Of a DNA stretch of 64,000 nt, positions 1 through 9,593 are shown one piece after another (position 1 is the stretch's first letter; each line of letters opens with the position of its first letter). Origin of the DNA: Clostridium aceticum (GTDB taxonomy: Bacteria > Bacillota > Clostridia > Peptostreptococcales > Natronincolaceae); contig NZ_CP009687.1 of the NCBI RefSeq assembly GCF_001042715.1, forward strand, positions 733,418-797,417, given 5' to 3'. The notes under the pieces are model-generated. The model did no database searches. It saw nothing but the letters and a program-made list of their open reading frames with translations, and had not been told where the DNA came from. A program made the translations under genes and the position numbers.

Positions 1-546
1 TTTAAGACACCATCCATATAAATACCATTGCTGTCCTTTAAAAACAAGAGAGTAGGGTTCTATACTTCGATTTGTTTTTATTCCTTTAGAATCAGTATAT
101 AAAAAGGTGACTTCTCTACATTGCTCTATTGCCTGATAAAGATCCTGCTTCTTTTTCTTAGAATGTTTATCTTCTCTCCAGGGAGAGATATCAATAAAAA
201 ATTGATTTGTTTTATAATCAAGAAATTGGAACTGAGAAGTTGAGAGGGTGTTTTTGAACTTTTCCATTAAAGTTTCATGTTTTGAGTTAGAAAAGTTGGC
301 AGTTAAGCTTTTTAAAGCCGTAAGAATAGTAACCATCTCTTCTCCAGTAAGAAGATTTCTATCTAAGCGATAACCTTCTACAATCCCAATTCCTCCATTT
401 GCACCTTGATAAGTGACAATAGGTATTCCTGCTGAATTTAAGGCATCTATATCTCGCAGTATTGTCCTAACAGAAACCTCAAACATTTCAGCTAATTCTT
501 TTGCTTGAACACGCTCTCTCCTAAGTAGTGTTACTAAAATAGCCAT
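1..546 (-). CDS. HTH + WYL-domain transcriptional regulator (YafY-like), partial; C-terminus runs off the window start
   Basis: Minus-strand ORF with ATG at 546 (MAILVTLLRRERVQAKELAEMFEVSVRTILRDIDALNSAGIPIV..., a winged-HTH N-terminus). It reads in frame to position 1, ending ...EPYSLVFKGQQWYLYGWCLK, the W-Y-L signature region. Not in the ORF track because it is truncated. Confidence 0.6.
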   Translation of the reverse strand, partial: MAILVTLLRRERVQAKELAEMFEVSVRTILRDIDALNSAGIPIVTYQGANGGIGIVEGYRLDRNLLTGEEMVTILTALKSLTANFSNSKHETLMEKFKNTLSTSQFQFLDYKTNQFFIDISPWREDKHSKKKKQDLYQAIEQCREVTFLYTDSKGIKTNRSIEPYSLVFKGQQWYLYGWCLK

Positions 547-877
547 TAATCTATCAATTTTCAAACCAATCACCACCATTGAATTTAGGTATATTCTGTT
601 TAAATGACTTTATCCATATTATACCATAATTCCTTGTTCACTAAATCCCACAAGTCGAGTTATTTATACTTTTTGAAACCATTTCTTTGAGGGTTAGACC
701 TCCACCTCTAGGTATTAGCGTAGGTGGGCTTTTCAAATCAGGTGGACTAGACTCTCCACCTGATTTGACGATGTTTCAATTTATTGAAACAAGTTCATGT
801 ACTTTTAAATGATCTATATTAAAAGCAAAACAAGAAGGATACATAAGTTTTGGAAAGAGTATGTTGATACTTAATTC

Positions 878-2890
878 CTAGTATTTAAACTTGGATACAC
901 TATTTTGCATATCTAGTGCTACTTCTGCCAATTCCTCGCTTGCGTTTGCAATTTCAATCATTGATGCTGTTTGTTCCTCCACTGATGCAGAAACCTCTTC
1001 AGTACTGGCTGCATTTTCCTGAGAAATCGCCGCAAGGCTAGTGATGATTGTTATGATTTCTTCTTTTTTCTTATTCATTTCATGATCTGATGCATTGAGG
1101 TCTACTAACGTTTTTTTGACTTGGTCGATGGCATTAGCAATACCATCAAATTTTTCACTGGTTTTTTCTACACTTTCTTTTTGATCATTAAATATTTTAC
1201 CTACACTAGTCATTCTAGTTACTGCATTTTCGGTTTTTAACAATAAATCATGAATGATACTAGTAATATCACTGGCAAAATTATTGGATTCTTCTGCTAA
1301 TTTTCTAATTTCTTCAGCAACAACGGCAAAACCTCTTCCACTTTCCCCAGCTCTGGCTGCCTCTATAGCTGCATTGAGGGCTAATAGATTTGTTTGGTCT
1401 GCTATACTTTTAATCATTAAGCTTGCCTCTTCTATTTTTTCTACGTTGTCGTTGGTAGCAACAATAACTTCGTTAATTTGATTTGATGCTTCGTTACTTT
1501 CTTTTGTTCTTTCAGTTAAAAGTGCTAGCATGCTAAAGCCTTCATCCTTCAATTGATTGACTGTAGCAGTAAGGGCATTGAGCTTATTCATGCAGTCTCG
1601 GTTCTTGTCTATCAAAGTTCCAAAATCACCAATATAGGTGCTGCCGTTGCTAGTATCCATAGCTTGCTGTGTAACGCCTTTTGCAATTTCTTCTATAGCA
1701 TTTGCTACTTCATCGGATGCTAAGGCAGACTGTTGAATAGTACAAGTCAGTTCTTCTGAAGAGGCGGCTAATTGATGAGAAGTATCGTTTATTTTTTGGA
1801 TTAAATCAATAAAACTATTCCTCATAAAAACCAACGAATTAGCCATTTTTCCTATTTCATCTTTTCTATTCAAGTACTTATACATTTTTTCATTTTTATC
1901 AGAGCTTAAATCATAATTCGATAGCTTTTCTATGATTTGAGTTACAGCTGTAATAGGTTTTGTGACATAGACGCTTGCAATATATATACCAACAGAGGAT
2001 AGAACTATAACGATAAGTCCAATAGTTACAAGAAGGCTTCTTAAATTATTAACATTGTGGAAAACCTCATCCTTATCGATAGATACTATAAGAATCCAAT
2101 CGCTGCCTTCAATAGGTCTATAAGCAGATATCTTTTCTTTACCTTCTAATGTAAATTCCCCTATACCTATATTCCCTAAAAGAATTTCATTTTCCAGAAG
2201 TTGTTGTAATTGAAATGTCTCTGGGTTATTTCTCGCATCCTCCAGCATATTTGTTTCATCTAAGACTTTTTGCAAATCTTCATTGGCCATGATTTGCCCC
2301 TGACGATTAATAATATAAGCAGAACTTGTCTTACCATAGGAAAAATCACTGATTATTTTATTGATTTCCTCTTGGCTTCGAACACCATACAATACCCCTA
2401 TTATTTCATTATTTCTTTTTATGGGTGTTGCTGCTATCATGACCGGTTCATGGGTGGCACGACTAATTAAAATATCTGACACTACACTTTTCCCCAATTT
2501 CGCTTCTTGAAAATAACTTCGATCAAAGACATCTCCTGAAGTTTTTTCTATATCAAACCGTGTAAAATTTCCATCTAAATCTGCTATTGATATAGCTTGG
2601 TATCCAGCTCTTTCAGCTTCCTTTTGCAAAATAGCTACCTTTTCCTCCCAAGGAGTATCGTCATCAATAATCCTTCTGTTTGAAAGGGTTTCTATAAACA
2701 TAAGCTCTTGGTCTATTTTAGCTTTTATAGTGGTGGAATTTCCATCTAAAGCCGCAGAAAGCCCCTGTACTGCTTCCTGACGTAAAAATTCAGAAGAATT
2801 GTAAATAGATATGTAGGTTACGATAAAAAAAGAAATAGTGAATATAAAACCAAAAATTAAAATTAATTTACTTCTTAAAGATTTCTGCAT
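878..2890 (-). CDS. Methyl-accepting chemotaxis protein with N-terminal TM, periplasmic double-Cache-like sensor, HAMP and MCP signalling domain
   Basis: 670 aa. Two TM segments flank a ~270-aa extracytoplasmic domain. The C-terminus has the highly conserved MCP signalling core ([40 protein letters not shown]) and methylation-region heptads. Confidence 0.9.
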   Translation of the reverse strand: MQKSLRSKLILIFGFIFTISFFIVTYISIYNSSEFLRQEAVQGLSAALDGNSTTIKAKIDQELMFIETLSNRRIIDDDTPWEEKVAILQKEAERAGYQAISIADLDGNFTRFDIEKTSGDVFDRSYFQEAKLGKSVVSDILISRATHEPVMIAATPIKRNNEIIGVLYGVRSQEEINKIISDFSYGKTSSAYIINRQGQIMANEDLQKVLDETNMLEDARNNPETFQLQQLLENEILLGNIGIGEFTLEGKEKISAYRPIEGSDWILIVSIDKDEVFHNVNNLRSLLVTIGLIVIVLSSVGIYIASVYVTKPITAVTQIIEKLSNYDLSSDKNEKMYKYLNRKDEIGKMANSLVFMRNSFIDLIQKINDTSHQLAASSEELTCTIQQSALASDEVANAIEEIAKGVTQQAMDTSNGSTYIGDFGTLIDKNRDCMNKLNALTATVNQLKDEGFSMLALLTERTKESNEASNQINEVIVATNDNVEKIEEASLMIKSIADQTNLLALNAAIEAARAGESGRGFAVVAEEIRKLAEESNNFASDITSIIHDLLLKTENAVTRMTSVGKIFNDQKESVEKTSEKFDGIANAIDQVKKTLVDLNASDHEMNKKKEEIITIITSLAAISQENAASTEEVSASVEEQTASMIEIANASEELAEVALDMQNSVSKFKY

Positions 2891-3085
2891 GTTTTTTCAT
2901 CCTTTCAAAATTTATTCAATTTTTCAACCTAAGTTGCCAAGAAGTCTCCTGCTTCTGTAAGTGGTGAGACGAATTGGTATGGTTGCCAGCAATTTTGAAT
3001 TCTACGATTTCTAATTCATTTGTACCACTCTCTAATAATACTTTAGAACGATTATCATAAAAACGCTCCTTTCTTTCTATGAGTT

Positions 3086-3733
3086 TTAGCTGTATTTACT
3101 ATAATAACTTTCACTGCCGGCCAATCTTCTACTCATGAACACACTTCTATCAGAGTAAAGCTTATTTTCAAACCAATCAGGAAGATTAAAAGATGTATGA
3201 AGATAACCTTTTATTAAATCTATTCTAGCCTGTAGTGCATTCCATTTTTCAGGGTGTTCCTTTAAAAATAAAACAAAATGCTTTGGTCTAATTTGAAATA
3301 CTTTCTTTTCTCCAAACCTTCGTCCCTTTATATAACCATCTCTAACCCATCTATAGATTAGATTAGGATCTTTGTTCAATAAATAGCCGATATCGCCTGT
3401 GGTTAAAAATTCTCCGTTACCAATTCTTGAAGGACCTAACTGCAACTCAAAAGCTTTCTTTTTAATAGAAGCGTGACTTCTATTTAATGTTTTTGCTATT
3501 GTCTTTATAGAATGCAATCCCCACTTCTCTATTAAATACTCCTCTTCCTTTACAGACCACTTCTTCATAGGGGTAGTCAAGTTTAAGCGTTTTGCTTTTT
3601 TAACGATAGAATCGGGGGTTCGCTGTAGTTCTTCTGATATTTCACATATCTGTTTAACGCCATAGTACTTTTGTAAAAATTGTATTTCTGAAACTGTCCA
3701 TTTTGTATAAGGCATTTTTTTCTTCCTCCCCAA
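3086..3733 (-). CDS. DNA-binding protein with two Myb/SANT-like repeats and a C-terminal excisionase/MerR-type HTH (HTH_17-like)
   Basis: 215 aa. It has repeated W..SE...L / WSVKEEEYLIEKWG motifs, then LTTGDIGYLLNKDPNLIYRWVRDGYIKGRRFG, which resembles HTH_17 excisionase-family DNA-binding domains. Start may be the internal Met (MPYTKW). Confidence 0.45.
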   Translation of the reverse strand: MGRKKKMPYTKWTVSEIQFLQKYYGVKQICEISEELQRTPDSIVKKAKRLNLTTPMKKWSVKEEEYLIEKWGLHSIKTIAKTLNRSHASIKKKAFELQLGPSRIGNGEFLTTGDIGYLLNKDPNLIYRWVRDGYIKGRRFGEKKVFQIRPKHFVLFLKEHPEKWNALQARIDLIKGYLHTSFNLPDWFENKLYSDRSVFMSRRLAGSESYYSKYS

Positions 3734-3776
3734 GTAGATATTATATTTAACAAGTCAGTTTAAATAAAAACAAAAA

Positions 3777-3827
3777 AGTCCATAATAAAAGGTTCTTTCA
3801 AACCTTTTATTATGGACTACTTAAATT
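3777..3827 (-). terminator. Long perfect hairpin, candidate rho-independent terminator for the upstream minus-strand RR/HK operon
   Basis: AGTCCATAATAAAAGGTT-CTTTCAA-ACCTTTTATTATGGACT inverted repeat. On the minus strand it is followed by TTTTTTGTTTTTATTT. Confidence 0.5.
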
Positions 3828-4126
3828 ACAAATACTATATTTGATTTAGATAGTTACTCCATAACTATAAGAATATGTAATTTTTTTGTGAATAAATGAT
3901 AAAAATCCACGCTACAGGTAGATAGAGAATTACTTGTATAGAGGGCAGGTAGTCTTCCAACTGCTGAAAGGAAACACTGCTGTACAAACCTTAATATAAA
4001 GACGGCTTATACCAAAGGATATCCGCTTTATTTATTAAGAAAAATATACATATATATACAAGTATATATAATGTAACATAAATACTATATTTTGTCAAAT
4101 AGTATCTTATTCATGTATTATGTATT

Positions 4127-4900
4127 TTATAAAACCTGAAATAATATCCGTTCAAACCTTTCCTTTGGATAGACGTCAATTTTTTTTATGGTTACTTTTC
4201 TTTTGATTAAAACACTAATCTGTTGTTCAACCTCACTTATGGTATTTTCATAAATTGCTTTCCTAAGAAACTCTACATTTTTATAGTGCTGACCTATAGC
4301 TAGAAAGCTTTCTTCTAAAACAGTAAGGGTTTCCTTTAAAACAATTTCGATCTCTTTTCCTTTAATAAAAACATTGATAAGTTGTGCGCCTTTTCCAGTC
4401 ACTTTTTTTAGATATTTTGAATACAAGTTTCTAATTTCAAGTTCCAACTGGGTTTTCATATCTTCTGTTAGAATGAGATCATGGTTTATGACCAGTAGAT
4501 TTCCTCTTTTTTCTAAAATTTCAGTAGCTATTTCTGTTAAATTATTCATCAATACATCTGCATCAATAGGCTTAATTAGGTACTTTTCTATCTTTAAATC
4601 TACCGTTTCCAGGATTGTTTTTGTATCTGATAAGGCAGATGTAATGATAAAAGGACATCGAAAACCATCGGTCCTTAGCTTTTTCATCATTTCTATACCA
4701 TTTATATCTGGCATAATTAAATCTGTTATAATAATGTCTGGTTGAAATTCAAGAAATTTGTTGATACCATCTTCGCCATTTTCAGCAGCAATTACTTTGC
4801 CAACCCTTTTTTTTAAGAATCTATAAACTTGATTCCTAGTAATGGCTTCATCTTCTACATAAAGGACCTTTATCTGTGATAATGCATTGATTTCTTCCAT
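4127..4900 (-). CDS. Response regulator: CheY-like receiver fused to a C-terminal DUF2294-like domain (no DNA-binding domain recognised)
   Basis: 257 aa. N-terminus IKVLYVEDEAITRNQV...IITDLIMPDINGIEMMKKLR is a receiver with a phospho-acceptor Asp context. C-terminal ~120 aa (TQLELEIRNLYSKYLKKVTGKGAQLINVFIKGKEIEIVLKETLTVLEE) matches my memory of DUF2294 (MpsC-like) proteins. Confidence 0.65.
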   Translation of the reverse strand: MEEINALSQIKVLYVEDEAITRNQVYRFLKKRVGKVIAAENGEDGINKFLEFQPDIIITDLIMPDINGIEMMKKLRTDGFRCPFIITSALSDTKTILETVDLKIEKYLIKPIDADVLMNNLTEIATEILEKRGNLLVINHDLILTEDMKTQLELEIRNLYSKYLKKVTGKGAQLINVFIKGKEIEIVLKETLTVLEESFLAIGQHYKNVEFLRKAIYENTISEVEQQISVLIKRKVTIKKIDVYPKERFERILFQVL

Positions 4901-4910
4901 AGTACCCCTC

Positions 4911-6044
4911 CTATATATCTAAAGGAAAACTGATTGATACTTTATTTTCTTTCTTAGTATTGATTAGATCAATAGAACCTTTCATCTTTTTACACAGTAT
5001 ATTATTAAACATAGATAAATGAGCTAACTGCAATTGAAAGTGCTTGTGTTCCTCTTTGTTATAGACAACTTTGATATCGAAGCAGACATTGTCTTTATTT
5101 CTATAGATAGCAATAATTAGTTTTCTGTTGTTGCTATCTAATCTATCTTTACAGCATTCTATAATATCAAAGAAAATACAATACATGATCTGTACAAATT
5201 CTTTAGGAGATCCATACTTATCAATTTTTTCCTGGATAGTTACATCGATTTGTATGTGTTCCTTGCTGATTTTTTCCTCCATAACTTCAAAAACCAGATC
5301 AAGATATTTCTCCACATTGAAGACTTCTTTTTCATAATCTACTTCAAAAAAAGCTTTGAAGTTTTCTATTTTTTTAGATAGATTATTTATGATTTCCCAG
5401 ATTTCCTTATAGTACTCTTCTAATAGGACGAGGTCTCTTTCCTCACTATGAATTTCATCGATAAGATTAATAATGGAGAAATTCAAGGCGTTAAGAGGCT
5501 GCCTCCAAGCATGAGATAAATTTGAAACCATATCTGACAAGTTGATAATTTTGTCATAATAGTTTTTTATATCTTCTACACTATATTTTTCTCTCACTCG
5601 GTATAATTCTTTACTAGTATCCTTAGTACAAATAAATACTTTGAAATGATTCGTGCTCTGTCTAAAGGAATAGGCTGTAATCTGCCAAAGTTCACAGTTT
5701 TCATCGTTGAGTGCTTCTACGTCAGCGATCTGGAAATGCTGGTTATTTTTCTTTAAATAAATATGAATATGATCTTTGGTAGGGTTTTGAAAAAAATATC
5801 CCATGATTGTATAGTATATATTTGTAAAGTCATCTTTGATACTAGAAATCTTCTTACCTAGAACTTGGTTTTTTTCAATATTTAAATACTTACAGTAATG
5901 ATCGTTTATACTATTTATGTAGCATTCAAGTTTGTTCTTTGCTACTCTGCCCTCTATCTCCAGCATGAAATTTAAAGATTGGTTTATGGAGTCAGCTAAA
6001 CTTTGATTGAGATTAATATGCTGTAATTCAAAGCCTTGATTCAA
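4911..6044 (-). CDS. Cytoplasmic histidine-kinase-like protein with H-box but degenerate ATP-binding domain
   Basis: 377 aa with no TM. It has a PAS-like N-terminal half and a HisKA-type H-box, NLSHAWRQPLNALNF. The C-terminal HATPase-like region lacks recognisable N, G1 (DxGxG) and G2 (GxGxG) boxes but keeps the terminal ...KGSIDL...ISFPL motif. Located 10 nt upstream of the response-regulator gene. Confidence 0.6.
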   Translation of the reverse strand: MNQGFELQHINLNQSLADSINQSLNFMLEIEGRVAKNKLECYINSINDHYCKYLNIEKNQVLGKKISSIKDDFTNIYYTIMGYFFQNPTKDHIHIYLKKNNQHFQIADVEALNDENCELWQITAYSFRQSTNHFKVFICTKDTSKELYRVREKYSVEDIKNYYDKIINLSDMVSNLSHAWRQPLNALNFSIINLIDEIHSEERDLVLLEEYYKEIWEIINNLSKKIENFKAFFEVDYEKEVFNVEKYLDLVFEVMEEKISKEHIQIDVTIQEKIDKYGSPKEFVQIMYCIFFDIIECCKDRLDSNNRKLIIAIYRNKDNVCFDIKVVYNKEEHKHFQLQLAHLSMFNNILCKKMKGSIDLINTKKENKVSISFPLDI

Positions 6045-6300
6045 ATGGCTCCCTCCTAACTTAGCTTAACTAAAAGTTATATAATATTTTCTGCATATCC
6101 AAACTTGACACCTTGATGAAATATAGAACTTATAGGTAGGGATAAAGTGGTAGTATAAAAATTTCTATAAGTCAATTGTAAAGAATGCAGAAGCTTGTCT
6201 ATTTCTAGTTTACTAGATTTTTATAGGATTGTCCAAAAAATTAAATTTCTAAGGGAACTTTTGTAAAACAATTTTTCTCTATTTTTTTATTGCATCTATA

Positions 6301-6314
6301 CGAACGTATGTTTG
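6301..6314 (+). promoter_or_regulatory. Candidate LexA/DinR (Cheo-type) SOS box overlapping a TTGACA -35 element, upstream of the radical-SAM/DUF4130 pair
   Basis: CGAACGTATGTTTG matches the Gram-positive SOS-box consensus CGAAC-N4-GTTCG at 12 of 14 positions. TTGACA follows at 6311-6316, ~85 nt upstream of the ORF start. Confidence 0.45.
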
Positions 6315-6393
6315 ACAAATTTTATCTATTGAGATAGAATGAATTTAGAAAATATTTGAAATACTTCTAAGCCAAATATTCACTGATAATGGA

Positions 6394-7671
6394 GTGTGGG
6401 AAGACGTGAATCTATTAGAAAAGTTAGAGATTTTAGCGGATGCGGCAAAGTATGACGTTTCGTGTTCCTCTAGTGGTAGTAATAGAAAAAACACAGGCAA
6501 AGGTCTGGGCAATGGACATATGGCGGGTATCTGTCATAGTTGGGCGGATGACGGTAGATGTATATCTCTATTGAAGATTCTTTTAACCAACGAATGTGTC
6601 TACGACTGTGCCTATTGTGTCAATAGAAGCAGCAACGATGTTCCAAGGGCCTCCTTTACTGCTGAAGAGGTGGCAGAGCTTACGATTAATTTTTACCGAA
6701 GAAATTACATAGAAGGCTTGTTCTTATCGGCAGCAGTACATAAGAGTCCTGATTATACAATGGAACTGATGGTAAAAACTGCTAGATTACTTCGCAAAGA
6801 ACATTGCTTTCATGGATATATTCATATGAAGGCCATACCTGGAGCGGATATGGCTTTAATCCATGAGGCTGGACAACTGGTGGATAGAATGAGTGTTAAT
6901 ATAGAGCTTCCTTCTAATGCAGGTCTCAAACTGCTGGCCCCACAGAAGAAAAAGGAAGCCATCATCAAGCCAATGGGGTTTATCTCATCCCAAATTATTC
7001 AAAAAGTGGAGGAAAAGAAGCTTTATAAAAAGGCAGAAACCTTTGTGCCAGCAGGTCAAAGTACCCAGTTGATTATAGGGGCTACGCCAGATGCAGATTT
7101 AAATATCTTAAGACTATCAGAGGGCTTATATAATACTTTTGGACTAAAGAGAGTTTATTATTCCGCTTATGTTCCAGTATCCAGTGATCCTAAGTTGCCG
7201 GTGATTGCTAATCCGCCATTATTACGGGAGCATCGGCTATATCAAGCAGATTGGCTTTTAAGATTCTATGGATTTACTTCAAAAGAATTGCTACAAGAGG
7301 AGGCACCTAACTTTGACGTATTCTTAGATCCAAAGTGCAATTGGGCCTTGAAAAATCTTCATTTGTTCCCTATGGAAATTAATCGAACCCCCTATGAAAT
7401 GTTGCTAAGGATCCCTGGTGTAGGGGTAAAATCTGCTATGCGCATTGCTGCCGCTAGAAGAATGCATTCTCTTAGTTATGATGATTTAAAGAAAATAGGT
7501 GTGGTATTGAAAAGGGCTAAGTACTTTATCACCTGCAATGGAAAGTATTATGGGGCGTTTGATTTCAAGGAAAATCTATTACGGCAAGCACTTATAGGAG
7601 ATTTGCCGAGAAATCTTCAACCTATAAAGGAGGAAGGGCAACAGTTATCTCTATTTTCTATGTTGCAGTAA
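6394..7671 (+). CDS. Putative DNA modification/repair radical SAM protein (TIGR03916-like)
   Basis: 425 aa. It has the CxxxCxxC radical-SAM motif (ECVYDCAYCVNR) and a C-terminal helix-hairpin-helix-like region. It is followed by the DUF4130 partner that characterises this family pair. The true start may be the GTG at 6406 (MNLLEKLEILADAAKYDVSC). Confidence 0.8.
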   Translation: MWEDVNLLEKLEILADAAKYDVSCSSSGSNRKNTGKGLGNGHMAGICHSWADDGRCISLLKILLTNECVYDCAYCVNRSSNDVPRASFTAEEVAELTINFYRRNYIEGLFLSAAVHKSPDYTMELMVKTARLLRKEHCFHGYIHMKAIPGADMALIHEAGQLVDRMSVNIELPSNAGLKLLAPQKKKEAIIKPMGFISSQIIQKVEEKKLYKKAETFVPAGQSTQLIIGATPDADLNILRLSEGLYNTFGLKRVYYSAYVPVSSDPKLPVIANPPLLREHRLYQADWLLRFYGFTSKELLQEEAPNFDVFLDPKCNWALKNLHLFPMEINRTPYEMLLRIPGVGVKSAMRIAAARRMHSLSYDDLKKIGVVLKRAKYFITCNGKYYGAFDFKENLLRQALIGDLPRNLQPIKEEGQQLSLFSMLQ

Positions 7672-7702
7672 AGTCTGAGAAAATAGTAAGGGAGAGTATA
7701 AG

Positions 7703-8446
7703 ATGCATTATTTTGTTTATGATGGAAGTTTCGAAGGTATGCTGACGGCCATCTACGAGGCGTATTACCTTCCTGAAAAACCTGAAAGAATTGTGAGGGA
7801 GGATACGCTACAAGAGAATATTTTTGTTTCTTTAATACCTATTATTACTGACAAAGACAAAGCGGAGAAGGTTTACAACGCTATTAAAGATAAGATATCC
7901 TATAGAGCCTTAAAAAATGTATTTTATGCCTTTTTATCAGAGGAGGAGGAAGCTGCTACAAAGGTATATCAATATCTAAGGCTGGGATGGAGAATTGGTG
8001 CCAAAATAGATGATTGTCACGGGGAGGATCGTGTCTTAGATCTCCATAAGCTAAGTCAGAAGGTTAGTAAGGAAGCCCATCGGATGACGGGGCTCCTTAG
8101 GTTCCAAAAACTAGAGAGCGATGTCTACTATGCTGAAATAGAACCAGATCATAATATCACTGCTTTGTTGGCACCTCATTTTGCTAGAAGGATGGCGGAT
8201 CAAAACTGGATCATCCACGATATCAAGAGGGGTTTAGCAGCTTTTTATAATAAAGAAAAATGGATGATGACGGAGGGGAAGCTACAGGGAGAGATAGCTT
8301 TGGATGAAGAAGAAATGCAGTATCAGGATTTATGGAGAAAATATTTTAAGGCGATAGCTATTAAAAACAGAAAAAACCCTAAACTACAAAAAGCTTATAT
8401 GCCAAAACGTTACTGGAAACACTTAATAGAACTAAAAGGAAAATAA
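7703..8446 (+). CDS. TIGR03915/DUF4130 family putative DNA metabolism protein (uracil-DNA-glycosylase-like partner of the radical SAM protein)
   Basis: 247 aa starting MHYFVYDGSFEGMLTAIYEAYY. It is co-directional and 31 nt downstream of the radical SAM gene, the conserved two-gene arrangement. Confidence 0.75.
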   Translation: MHYFVYDGSFEGMLTAIYEAYYLPEKPERIVREDTLQENIFVSLIPIITDKDKAEKVYNAIKDKISYRALKNVFYAFLSEEEEAATKVYQYLRLGWRIGAKIDDCHGEDRVLDLHKLSQKVSKEAHRMTGLLRFQKLESDVYYAEIEPDHNITALLAPHFARRMADQNWIIHDIKRGLAAFYNKEKWMMTEGKLQGEIALDEEEMQYQDLWRKYFKAIAIKNRKNPKLQKAYMPKRYWKHLIELKGK

Positions 8447-8559
8447 GAAAGAATAGGTTTAAAAGGAGATTAGACGAAAAAAAGCATCTAATATTCTTAT
8501 AAACCTATTCTTTTTAATTTTTCTATAACACAAGCTAATTATTTTTTAAAGCCCTCTCA

Positions 8560-8645
8560 AATTGCCATCCTGAGCATAGCGAAGGATCTTGAAATAACGA
8601 AGAATTTGCTTAATTCTATTTGCTTTCATATCCTCAGGATGATAA
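8560..8645. repeat. Copy of dispersed GTCATCCTGAGC / GAAGGATC repeat family (family 1)
   Basis: CCATCCTGAGCATAGCGAAGGATCTTG ... ATATCCTCAGGATGA. Core and inverted partner match the copies at 27.1, 27.3, 37.4, 40.9 and 49.9 kb. Confidence 0.65.
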
Positions 8646-8851
8646 ATCATGGCTTGAGTTAATACTAATTATTTTTCTATTAAAATTCAGTAAAAATGCT
8701 ACAAAATGGAAAAAGACAAATGGCATCATATATTTTTAAAGAATAAAAAATTATTGTTTTTCGATAAAAATATATTGAATAATAAAAAATATAATGATAT
8801 TATAGATTTGTAAATGCATAGGTATAAAGTACTCATATAGGAGGTTAGATC

Positions 8852-9346
8852 ATGAAATATTACGGAAAAAAATCTTTATCAAGTTTTCTCAAAATAGTAT
8901 TAGATGTTTTACTATTAATAGGAGTAGTTTTATTTGTATCAGTATCTAAAAACACATTATTTACAGGTGCATTTAAAGAAGCTACATCAATCATGACTTT
9001 TGTCTATTTCTTATTTCTCATTGGCAGCACATCATTGATCGCTATTGTTTATAGTCTGAGGAAAATAACAAAGACACTTGTAACCAGAGATCCTTTTGTT
9101 TGGGAGAATGTCAAGAGTTTAAAAAACATATGGATAGGAAGTTTCATTATAGCTGTCTGTTATTTTATAAATTTTTTTATTAATCCTAATTACAAAGACC
9201 TTCAGATCATTTACATAGATGCAAAGGGGATTCATACAGATTTTGAGTTTTTTATATTCTTTTTTGCGGGATTGTTTATTTTAGTATTGGAAAAAGTTTT
9301 TAAAATGGCGGTTCAATTTAAGGAAGAAAACGACTTAACAATATAA
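8852..9346 (+). CDS. DUF2975-like small multi-pass membrane protein
   Basis: 164 aa with 4 predicted TM helices. Immediately followed (2-nt gap) by a small XRE-family HTH gene, the typical DUF2975 + Cro/C1 pairing. Confidence 0.55.
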   Translation: MKYYGKKSLSSFLKIVLDVLLLIGVVLFVSVSKNTLFTGAFKEATSIMTFVYFLFLIGSTSLIAIVYSLRKITKTLVTRDPFVWENVKSLKNIWIGSFIIAVCYFINFFINPNYKDLQIIYIDAKGIHTDFEFFIFFFAGLFILVLEKVFKMAVQFKEENDLTI

Positions 9347-9348
9347 GG

Positions 9349-9570
9349 GTGAATATTATGGGTATAATTGTAAATTTAGATGTTATGATGGCTAAGAGAA
9401 AAATTTCATTGCAGGAATTAGCAGAACGGGTTGGTATAACAAATGCAAACCTTTCAATATTGAAAAATAATAAGGCAAAGGCTATAAGATTTAATACACT
9501 AGAAGCTATATGCAGAGAGTTAAACTGTCAGCCTGGAGATATATTGGAATATGTTTCTGATGAAGATTAA
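9349..9570 (+). CDS. XRE-family helix-turn-helix transcriptional regulator
   Basis: 73 aa. ISLQELAERVGITNANLSILKNNKAKAIRFNTLEAICRELNCQPGDILEY is a canonical Cro/C1 HTH. Confidence 0.8.
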   Translation: MNIMGIIVNLDVMMAKRKISLQELAERVGITNANLSILKNNKAKAIRFNTLEAICRELNCQPGDILEYVSDED

Positions 9571-9593
9571 TTTTATTTAAAGGGGGAGGGATA

